From positions 29,208 through 93,207 of the forward strand of contig CANLGL010000014.1 of the NCBI GenBank assembly GCA_947490345.1: a stretch of DNA of 64,000 bases, in the 5' to 3' direction. The position numbers and the translations under genes were made by a program. Below the pieces are notes generated by a model that ran no database searches, was not told where the DNA came from, and was given only the letters and a program-made list of their open reading frames with translations. Of this stretch, positions 26,781 through 38,846 are shown piece after piece (the first letter of the stretch is position 1; each line of letters opens with the position of its first letter). Source of the stretch: Deltaproteobacteria bacterium. GTDB lineage: Bacteria > Myxococcota_A > UBA796 > SXON01.

Positions 26781-28874
26781 GTGCTCCCCATCCGTCTCCT
26801 GCTGACAGTGGTCGCCTGCGCCGCGGCGCCGCAAGGCCCCGCCGAGTTGGCCGCGGCTCCGCGGGCCGACCCTGCCAAGACCGCCCCTTCCTGGTCCACC
26901 GAAGTCACCGCCCGCCTCCGCGACGGCGCCCACGCCTTTGTCGTAGACGGGGCGGACTACACCGCGAGCTCCCCCGCCCACGGCCTGACCGGTCGCTTCG
27001 ACTTCGATGGCGCCTGGCTCGAGACCGAGGACGACGGCCTCCTGGTTCGGAGCGTGGCCGTGGGCCGCGCCGGGGCGATGACCCCGATCGGCCCCACGCC
27101 CCCGACCGTGGGCGCCTGCGGGGATGGCCGCGAGGACCCCACGGGCGCCTGCATCCAGCGCCTGGAGTACGCCGGCGACGCCCTCACGGCGTGGTGGGCC
27201 GCCGACGAGGCGGGTTTCGAGCAGGGCTGGACCGTGGAGAGGGCGCCGGCGGGCGCCGGCGCATTGACGATCATCGTGGCGGTGGAGGGAGCGAGGGCCA
27301 CCGTCGGCGACGGCGAGGTGTAGTTGGACACCGACGCGGGAGGCCAATGGATTGTCGCGGGACTGGTGGCGTGGGATGCGGAGGGCACTCCGGTGGCGGC
27401 GCGGTTCGCGCCGATCGACGACGGGTTCCGCGTGGTTGTCTCGGATGCCGACGCGGTGTACCCGATCGAGATCGACCCCGTCTACACCTCGGCGAGTACC
27501 ACCATGACCGGCACCGCCATCAAGGATAATTTTGGTTATTCGGTCTCCGGCGCTGGGGATGTCAACGCCGACGGCTACGACGACGTGATCATCGGGTCGG
27601 TCAATGAGGATTCGTACTCGGGCCACGCTTACGTGTACCTGGGGTCGAGCTCTGGGGTGGCGAGCACAGCCACGACCACCCTGGCCGGTGTGGCCACCGG
27701 CGACTACTTCGGCGTGTCGGTGTCAGGCGCGGGCGACGTCAACGCCGACGGTTACGACGACGTGATCGTCGGGGCGCACGGGTATAGAGGGTTCACCGGA
27801 GGCGCGAGTGTGTACCTGGGTTCGAGCGCCGGGGTGTCGAGCACGGCCACCACAGCGTTGACCGGGGGCGCCAATGACGACTACTTCGGGATGTCGGTTT
27901 CCGGCGCGGGGGATGTGGACGCCGACGGCTACGACGACGTGATCGTCGGGGCGGAGGGGTACCGCTCGCGCACCGGCCAGGCGTACGTCTACGCGGGTTC
28001 GAGCACGGGCGTGTCGAGCACTGCCTCCGTTACCCTGACCGGAGCGGACGTCGCCGACTCCTTCGGCTGGTCGGTCTCCGGCGCGGGCGACGTCAACGCC
28101 GACGGCTACGACGACGTCATCGTCGGAGCGCAGGGGTACCGCTCGCGCACCGGGCGGGCGTACGTCCACGCGGGTTCGAGCGCGGGAGTGTCCAGCACCG
28201 CCAGCACCACCCTGACCGGCGAGGCCACGGGCGACGCCTTCGGGCTTTCGGTCTCTGGCGCCGGGGACGTCGACGCCGACGGCTACGGCGACGTGATCGT
28301 GGGGGCCGCCCTCTACGACTCCTACACCGGGCGGGCCTACGTGTACGCCGGCTCGAGTGCCGGGGTGTCGAGCACCGGCGTCACGACCCTGACCGGCGGG
28401 GCTATCGGGAACTTCTTCGGCTCCTCGGTCTCGGGCGCGGGGGAGGTCAATGGTGACGGAACCGACGACGTGATCGTCGGTGCGTTCGCGTATAGCAACC
28501 AAATCGGCCAAGCCTTTGTGTACGAGGGGTACATCGACAAGGACGAGGACGGCGACGGCGTCGGTGGCTCCGTGGACTGCGACGACGCCGACGCCGCGTC
28601 GTACCCGGGCGCGCCCGAGGTCGAAGGCGACGGCGTCGACCAGGACTGCGATGGCAGCGATGCGGGAGGCGACAACGCCGCCGCCGACACCGCCGCCACA
28701 GCCCCCGCCAGCTGCGGCTGCGCCGCGACCGCCCCCCCCGCCGTAGCCGGCGGGCTCGGGCTCGCACTGTCGGCGCTGCTCACGCGGCGCCGAGCAGGGG
28801 CTCGCGGCACAGGCGCTGACGCTACGCCACGAGCACCGCGACTTCGTAGCGCGGGATCCGCTCGTCGCGCGTGA
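26781..28874 (+). pseudogene. FG-GAP repeat lipoprotein with MYXO-CTERM-like tail, interrupted by one in-frame TAG (27321-27323)
   Basis: Track ORFs 26781..27323 and 27324..28874 are in the same frame and separated only by TAG (..ATVGDGEV*LDTDAGGQWIVAGLVAWDAEG..). The second 'ORF' starts at a TTG immediately after the stop. The N-terminus is MLPIRLLLTVVAC. It has six FG-GAP blades and a D-x-D-C-D Cys motif, and the C-terminal part is SCGCAATAPP-AVAGGLGLALSALL-TRRR. Confidence 0.65.
27531..28532 (+). repeat. six tandem ~180-nt (59-60 codon) FG-GAP blade repeats
   Basis: The unit FG.SVSGAGDVNADGYDDVIVGA.GY...TG.AYVY.GSS.GVSST...TLTG occurs six times. It includes long near-identical nucleotide stretches such as gtctccggcgcgggcgacgtcaacgccgacggctacgacgacgt.atcgtcgg. 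Confidence 0.85.
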
Positions 28875-28980
28875 CCAGCGTGAGCCCTTCGAGCTGCGCC
28901 TGCGCGACCAGGAGTCGATCGAAGGGATCGTTGTGCAGGAGCGGTAAGGAGGCCACATGCGCGGCGTGCTCCACGGAAAC
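28822..28980 (-). pseudogene. C-terminal remnant of a PIN-domain (VapC-type) toxin gene
   Basis: My translation gives VSVEHAAHVASLPLLHNDPFDRLLVAQAQLEGLTLVTRDERIPRYEVAVLVA*. It aligns with the C-terminus of the intact VapC at 31796..32194 (LPEGFHRDPGDRLIVATARVLGLPLLTVDRRIRD). An in-frame TAA lies about 14 codons upstream and there is no N-terminal PIN half. It overlaps the last 53 nt of the FG-GAP ORF. Confidence 0.65.
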
Positions 28981-29035
28981 AGGAGCGCCGCGATTGGCCG
29001 GCGACCAGCCGGCCTGCCGCGGTTACGGTCCGCCC

Positions 29036-29872
29036 GTGCTCCCCCTCCTCCTGGCCTGTGCCGAGCCCCCTCTCGCCGACACCGCACCCGTGTACGACCC
29101 CGATCCCACCCTGTTGATCGGGGGTGAGCGCCCCGCAACCGTGCAGCTCCCCGAGGGCTACGCCGTCGATCGTGAGTGGCCGCTGGTGGTGCTCCTGCAC
29201 GGGTACGGTGCCACCTCCACCTTGCAGGAGGCGATCTTCGCGCTCAACCAGCGGGTGGACGCGTTGGGGTTCATCCTGGTGAAGCCGGAGGGAACGGTCG
29301 ACAGCGAAGGCTCGCAGTTCTGGAACGCGACCGAGGAGTGCTGCGACTTCGACGGGAGCGGGGTGGACGACGTGGCGTACCTTTCGGCGCTCCTGGACGA
29401 GGCGCGGTCGTTGTACCCGGTGTCGACGGTGGCGCTCGTCGGGCACAGCAACGGCGGGTACATGTCCTACCGGCTGGGGTGCGAGACCCCCGATCGCATC
29501 GACCGCATCGTGGTCCTGGCCGGGGCCACCTACAAGGACGAGGTCGATTGCCTCGGGACGGAGCCGGTCTCTGTCTGGCACGTCCACGGCACCATCGACG
29601 ACACGGTGGCGTACGCCTCTGACGAGGCCCACGCCGGCGCGGAAGAGAGCGTTGGCCGCTGGGTGGCCAAGGCCGGCTGCGACGCCACCGCGGCGGTCCA
29701 GGAGCCGCGGGACTACCTCCGGGGCGACGACGGTGCGGAATCCACCGGCCAGCAGTGGTCTGGTTGCGGGGACGTCGACCTCCAGTTGTGGACCGCGGTC
29801 GGTGGTGACCACTACTTTGTGGCGAATACGGACGCCTTCAAGGACGATGTCGCGCGCTGGGTGTCGGAATGA
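29036..29872 (+). CDS. alpha/beta hydrolase, PHB-depolymerase/LpqC-like esterase lipoprotein
   Basis: GTG 29036 gives (M)LPLLLAC. PLVVLLHGYG...GHSNGGYMS (G-x-S-x-G nucleophile)...WHVHGTIDDTV. The upstream 55 codons of ORF 28871 are antisense to the PIN remnant. Confidence 0.75.
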   Translation: MLPLLLACAEPPLADTAPVYDPDPTLLIGGERPATVQLPEGYAVDREWPLVVLLHGYGATSTLQEAIFALNQRVDALGFILVKPEGTVDSEGSQFWNATEECCDFDGSGVDDVAYLSALLDEARSLYPVSTVALVGHSNGGYMSYRLGCETPDRIDRIVVLAGATYKDEVDCLGTEPVSVWHVHGTIDDTVAYASDEAHAGAEESVGRWVAKAGCDATAAVQEPRDYLRGDDGAESTGQQWSGCGDVDLQLWTAVGGDHYFVANTDAFKDDVARWVSE

Positions 29873-29886
29873 GGTACGATCGGACC

Positions 29887-30351
29887 ATGCGTCGCTCCGC
29901 GTTCACCCTGGTCGAGCTCGTCGTTGTCGTCGCGATCATCGGCATCCTGTCCGCCATCGCGATTCCCGCTTGGACGATCGCGCAGCTGCGGGCAAAGCGG
30001 GCGGAGGTGCCGCCGAACGTCGAGGGCATGAAGATGGCTGAGTTGGCCTACTTCGCGGCCAACGACACCTTCTTGGCCGAGACCAGTTGGTACCCGGCTG
30101 CCCTCACCGGGTCGGCAGCAGACAAGGCGCCCCGCGCCTGGCCAGCGCTCAGCGCGGCCGGCGGATTCACCGAGATCGGCTGGGGCCCCAACGGGGAAGT
30201 GCGCGGAAGCTACGCAATCCCCTACGGTGATTCCACGGGCTTCGAGGTTCAAGGCACCTGCGACATGGACGGGGACGGCGACACCCCGCTGTACTGGTGC
30301 AGTGAGTCGGCGGCGTGCGGGTGGGATGCGGGGGACGAGACGGTTTACTAG
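29887..30351 (+). CDS. prepilin-type N-terminal cleavage/methylation domain protein (orphan type IV pilin/pseudopilin-like)
   Basis: MRRSAFTLVELVVVVAIIGILSAIAIP is the class III signal with F-T-L-V-E. Ala rather than Gly precedes the Phe. The C-terminal region is Cys-containing. Confidence 0.8.
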   Translation: MRRSAFTLVELVVVVAIIGILSAIAIPAWTIAQLRAKRAEVPPNVEGMKMAELAYFAANDTFLAETSWYPAALTGSAADKAPRAWPALSAAGGFTEIGWGPNGEVRGSYAIPYGDSTGFEVQGTCDMDGDGDTPLYWCSESAACGWDAGDETVY

Positions 30352-30366
30352 TGATAGCCGCGCCCC

Positions 30367-31498
30367 ATGGCCTCAGACCTCTCCGAACTGGTGCAATCTC
30401 TACGGGTGCGAGTCAACGCGCTCCGGGGGCATCTTTGACGTCGACTCCAAACAAAATCGCATAGACGACCTCGAACGGCAGGCGGGGATCCCCGAGTTCT
30501 GGAACGACGCCCCGCGCGCGCGCGGCATCCTCCGCGAAAAGACGACGCTGGAAAAGGTGGTCGGTCGTTTTGCGGCCCTCGATCGCCAGGTGTCCGACGC
30601 GCACACGCTCCTGGAGCTGGCGGAGGAGCTCGGCGACCGCGCCTCGGAGAAGGAAGCCGCGGCGATGATGGCGGAGATCGACGCGCCGGTTCGCGCGCTC
30701 GAAGTCCAGCGCTTGCTCGGCGACGAAGCCGACGACGCCAGCGCCGTGCTCGAAATCAACTCCGGCGCGGGTGGAACCGACGCCGCCGACTGGGCGGACA
30801 TGCTCAAGCGCATGTACCTCCGCTGGTGCGACCGCAAGGGCTTCAAAGCGACCATCGTCGACGAGCAGCCCAATGACGACGCGGGCATCAAGTCCTGCAC
30901 CATGGAGATCACCGGCGACTACGCCTACGGCTACCTCAAGAGCGAAATCGGCGTCCATCGCCTGGTCCGCATCAGCCCCTTCGACGCCAACGCCCGCCGG
31001 CAGACGGCCTTCGCCTCGGTGGGCGCGTACCCCGACATTGACGACACCATCGAGATCAAGATCGACGACAAGGACTTGGAGATCCAGACGATGCGCTCCG
31101 GTGGTGCCGGCGGTCAGCACGTCAACATGACCGATTCGGCGGTGCGGATCATCCATGCCCCCTCCGGAATCGTGGTCAAATGCCAGCAGGAGCGCAGCCA
31201 GCTCAAGAACAAGGCCACGGCGATGAAGATGCTGCGCGCCAAGCTGTACCAGCAGGAGATCGAACGGCGGCAGGCCATCACCGACGTGGCCAACTCCCAG
31301 AAGAAGAAGATCGAGTGGGGCAGCCAGATCAGGAGCTACGTCCTGAATCCCTACCGCATGGTCAAGGACGCCCGCACTCGCGTCGAGACCGGCGACACCG
31401 ACCGCGTCCTCGACGGCGACATCCAGGAGTTCATGGACGCCTACCTGGCCGCGAGGGCCAACGGTACCTTGGGTAGCGGGGACGCCGGGGGGGAGTAG
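30367..31498 (+). CDS. prfB: peptide chain release factor 2, requires +1 programmed frameshift at 30436
   Basis: Frame 0 reads ATG 30367 MASDLSELVQSLRVRVNALRGHL then TGA (30436-30438). The +1 frame from GAC 30437 continues DVDSKQNRIDDLE...ISPFDANARRQT (SPF)...RSGGAGGQHVN (GGQ) to 31498. The track shows only the long second frame, with a spurious upstream extension from 30227. Confidence 0.95.
30425..30439 (+). other. prfB: RF2 autoregulatory +1 frameshift site
   Basis: GGGGG CAT CTT TGA C has an internal SD-like G-run, a 3-nt spacer and the slippery CUU UGA C. It is almost identical to the E. coli AGGGGGUAUCUUUGAC site. Confidence 0.9.
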
Positions 31499-31523
31499 GC
31501 GACGGCGGCACCAGTCCCGCGCC

Positions 31524-31551
31524 TTGACGACCCGACGACTGGTCGTATACA
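31524..31551 (+). promoter_or_regulatory. candidate promoter with embedded inverted repeat upstream of the antitoxin gene
   Basis: TTGACG (31524-31529), a 16-nt spacer, then TATACA (31546-31551). The spacer contains ACGAC-tg-GTCGT. The ATG at 31560 is only 8 nt after the -10, so the transcript may be leaderless. Pattern match only. Confidence 0.3.
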
Positions 31552-31559
31552 CTGGTCAC

Positions 31560-31799
31560 ATGAAAACGATCGCGGCCACTGAGTTCAAGACCCACTGTCT
31601 GTCGCTGCTCGACGACGTGGCCGATGGCCGTGGCGAGCTCCTGATCCTCAAACGGGGAAAGCCGGTGGCGCGGTTGGTGGCCGTCGTCACCGCCGAAGCG
31701 TCGCCGCAAGCCAGCCTCCGCGGCACGATGCGCGCCAAAGATGACGTGATCGAGCCGCCGCTCTCGCCCGACGAGTGGGAGGCGGAGGGGGGGCCGTGA
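31560..31799 (+). CDS. Phd/YefM-family type II antitoxin
   Basis: MKTIAATEFKTHCLSLLDDVADGRGELLILKRGKPVARLV is the typical Phd/YefM N-terminus. It is 79 aa long and its stop overlaps the toxin start (GTGA). Confidence 0.8.
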   Translation: MKTIAATEFKTHCLSLLDDVADGRGELLILKRGKPVARLVAVVTAEASPQASLRGTMRAKDDVIEPPLSPDEWEAEGGP

Positions 31800-32194
31800 G
31801 GTTTGTCGTCGACACGCACGTTCTCGTCTGGTGGGTAAACGAGCCGGAGCGGCTCACAATCGCGCTCGCCGGCGCCCTGTCGACCGCCAGCGCCGAATCC
31901 CCGTTGGGCGTCCCCGACATTGTGTTGTGGGAGATCGCCACACTGGTCTCCCTGGGCAGACTCACGCCAACGCTGCCGCTGATGGATTGGCTGTCTCGGG
32001 CGACCGCAGCCCCGCTCGTGAGGGTGATTGCCATCAATCCCGCAATCGCCGCGGAGGTCGCTGCCCTGCCGGAAGGTTTCCATCGTGACCCCGGGGATCG
32101 CCTGATCGTCGCGACGGCGCGTGTCTTAGGCTTGCCGCTGCTCACGGTCGATCGCCGCATCCGAGACAGCGGCCTCGTGCACGTGGTCGGCTGA
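31796..32194 (+). CDS. vapC: PIN-domain ribonuclease toxin (VapC family)
   Basis: VRFVVDTHVLVWW (first acidic residue), IVLWEIATL, and HRDPGDRLIVATA with the conserved acidic residues. 132 aa from GTG 31796. Confidence 0.8.
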   Translation: MRFVVDTHVLVWWVNEPERLTIALAGALSTASAESPLGVPDIVLWEIATLVSLGRLTPTLPLMDWLSRATAAPLVRVIAINPAIAAEVAALPEGFHRDPGDRLIVATARVLGLPLLTVDRRIRDSGLVHVVG

Positions 32195-32202
32195 CCAGGA
32201 GT

Positions 32203-33771
<1,569 letters not shown>

Positions 33772-33807
33772 GGGAGTACTCGGGGAGGTGGGGGGAGAGG
33801 GAAAAAA

Positions 33808-37263
<3,456 letters not shown>

Positions 37264-37292
37264 GGGCGACACTCCGGGACGGACAGGGCCTG

Positions 37293-37308
37293 GACTGACA
37301 CGTCAGTC
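37293..37308. promoter_or_regulatory. perfect inverted repeat GACTGAC-ac-GTCAGTC upstream of the activase operon
   Basis: A 7-bp-arm palindrome 30 nt upstream of the ATG at 37263 (minus strand). Candidate operator, with no supporting data. Confidence 0.3.
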
Positions 37309-37390
37309 TAGTGCGTATCTGGGTAAGCCGAGCCACGAGGTGGGCAAGCGCGGCCAAGCGATTTGTGGAGATTTTGTGTGGGCGATGCTT

Positions 37391-37624
37391 GGGCGCTGGC
37401 CGCGTGGCCTCGTGCTGTCAAGGCGCGGACGCACCGTGGGCATCGAGGTCAATGCCAACAGCGCCCCGACCGTCACCCGCGGCTTCTGGACCGCCGTCGC
37501 CGACCTCGGCTTGCGAGAGGTGTACGTCGTCGCGCCGGTGCGCGAGTCCTTCCCGCTCGGTCAGGGCGTGGAGGCGATCTCGCTGGGCGGGCTGCTCGAG
37601 CGGCTGGACGGGGCGGCGGGGTAG
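37391..37624 (+). pseudogene. 3' remnant of a DUF4143-domain AAA ATPase gene (copy 1)
   Basis: ..GRWPRGLVLSRRGRTVGIEVNANSAPTVTRGFWTAVADLGLREVYVVAPVRESFPLGQGVEAISLGGLLERLDGAAG* matches the C-terminal end pattern of DUF4143 ATPases (..GIEIK.s......gl..f...l......V.y.g.....g.v..i.l..fl). No ATPase domain lies upstream. Confidence 0.55.
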
Positions 37625-37808
37625 CGTCGCGGGTGCCGGGGGCGGGCGCCCTGCTTGGTAAACGAGGCCTCCAGCGGGCGGCATCCGCCTATTCGCAGAG
37701 CGGGCGCTCCACCCGTACGACATCGTTCGTCAGGTCGCACCGCTGGTCCGGCGAGTCTACTGCCACGATACAGGCGCCGGGCCATCCGACCAGGGGGAGG
37801 TCGACCAC

Positions 37809-37987
37809 GGCTGTAGCCTCACCTCGGTTGCGCCGGCAAACCGAGCTCGACCTACAGGCGGCTGTAGACTCACCTCGGTTGCGCCGGCAAACCGAGCTCG
37901 ACCTACAGGCGGCTGTAGCGTCACCTCGGTTGCGCCGGCAAACCGAGCTCGACCTACAGGCGGCTGTAGCCTCACCTCGGTTGCGCC
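37809..37987. repeat. 51-bp tandem repeat, about 3.5 copies, each unit made of nested palindromes
   Basis: The unit is GGCTGTAGNNTCACCTCGGTTGCGCCGGCAAACCGAGCTCGACCTACAGGC, starting at 37809, 37860, 37911 and 37962 (the last truncated after 26 nt). Copies are identical except the NN dinucleotide (CC, AC, CG, CC). Confidence 0.9.
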
Positions 37988-38016
37988 CGCGATGCATATC
38001 GCTGGGTCCGCGGCGC

Positions 38017-38124
38017 TGGACGGCACCGGGAGTGGCCCCGCTGCGCGACGACTTCCCCCTCGGTCAGGTCGGGGATGCGATCTCGCTGGGCGGGCTGCTC
38101 GACCGGCTCGACAGCTCCGGGTAA
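38017..38124 (+). pseudogene. 3' remnant of a DUF4143-domain gene (copy 2, shorter and more diverged)
   Basis: WTAPGVAPLRDDFPLGQVGDAISLGGLLDRLDSSG* parallels copy 1 (WTAV...VAPVRESFPLGQGVEAISLGGLLERLDGAAG*). It lies antisense to the last ~20 codons of the GST gene. Confidence 0.5.
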
Positions 38125-38837
38125 TACCGCCGTCGTATCCCATCTACATACGATACCAACTTCTGACCCGATGCGGCCTGCTTGTGAGGGGTATCGACCG
38201 GGTAGTCCTGAAGCTGCCAGAGGAAGCTCGACACGGTCGCGTCGAAGGAGCTGGGCTCTTCCCCGAAGAGGTAGGGACCCGCGAGCAGGTCCCGCACCGC
38301 GGCGATGTCCCCGATGACCTGGGCGGAGGCGGTGGCGCGATCGTGGCGGCCGGCGCCCTGGAGCCAGTTGGCCTTGCGCAGCTGCGAACGGATCCGCCGC
38401 AGGATCAGCCCTCCCACCAGCGGTGGCAGGTGCGGGGAGAACGCCGCGACCTGGACCGGCCAGCCGTCCTCTTCCAACCAGCGGAAGCGCACCGCGTGGA
38501 AGTAGGTCGCCTCCTCCAGCATGCGGCGCATCGCGTGTCCGGCGGCGCGCTGGTCCGGGGTCAGGTGGTCGTCGAGGCGGATGTCGTGCCGGGTCGTGAG
38601 CGCCTCGATGATGAGCTGGGAGTCGCCCATCTTCCGGCCGTCAAGCTCGATGTAGGGGATCTTGCCCTTCGGCGCGAGGAAGGGATTTCCCCCCCGATAC
38701 TCGTAGGGAAGGCCCGCCATCCGGAGCCAGGTCAACAGCTTCAAAACGAAGGGGCTCACCGTCGGCATGCCCCAGGCGCCGAAGGTGCCGTAGACGACGA
38801 GGGGAGAGGAGGCAGCGACGGCGGTCGGGGCGGACAT
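38064..38837 (-). CDS. glutathione S-transferase family protein (metaxin/GST_N_4-like)
   Basis: VVYGTFGAWGMPTVSPFVLKLLTWLRMAGLPYEY...GKIPYIELDG is a thioredoxin-like GST N-domain, followed by a helical C-domain. The C-terminal tail ..YYPELSSRSSSPPSEIASPT is encoded antisense to DUF4143 remnant 2. Confidence 0.75.
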   Translation of the reverse strand: MSAPTAVAASSPLVVYGTFGAWGMPTVSPFVLKLLTWLRMAGLPYEYRGGNPFLAPKGKIPYIELDGRKMGDSQLIIEALTTRHDIRLDDHLTPDQRAAGHAMRRMLEEATYFHAVRFRWLEEDGWPVQVAAFSPHLPPLVGGLILRRIRSQLRKANWLQGAGRHDRATASAQVIGDIAAVRDLLAGPYLFGEEPSSFDATVSSFLWQLQDYPVDTPHKQAASGQKLVSYVDGIRRRYYPELSSRSSSPPSEIASPT

Positions 38838-38846
38838 CGACGAGGG

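Noticed and set aside
27321-27323. In-frame TAG as a pyrrolysine codon
   Set aside because: There are no pylTSBCD-like genes in the window, and Pyl usage is not expected in this lineage. A nonsense mutation, sequencing error or read-through is more parsimonious.
33782-33807. G-rich tract (GGGGAGGTGGGGGGAGAGGG followed by A6) as a G-quadruplex or regulatory element between the two radical-enzyme genes
   Set aside because: The G-runs are irregular and only a weak two-tetrad G4 is possible. On the mRNA strand it is just a pyrimidine tract. It is noted under the PlsA/PlsR-like finding instead of being called a feature.
37809-37987. The tandem array as a CRISPR array
   Set aside because: The 51-bp period leaves only a 2-nt variable 'spacer'. 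There are no cas genes in the window, and no leader-like asymmetry beyond the flanking remnants.
37363-38143. ORFs crossing the 51-bp array that encode repeated peptides (LRRQTELDLQAAV.SPR and similar) on both strands
   Set aside because: Several frames on both strands are open simply because the unit is 17 codons and lacks stops in those frames. The products are Arg-rich and overlap gene remnants and the GST gene. There is no start or RBS context. Coding cannot be fully excluded because the period is divisible by 3.
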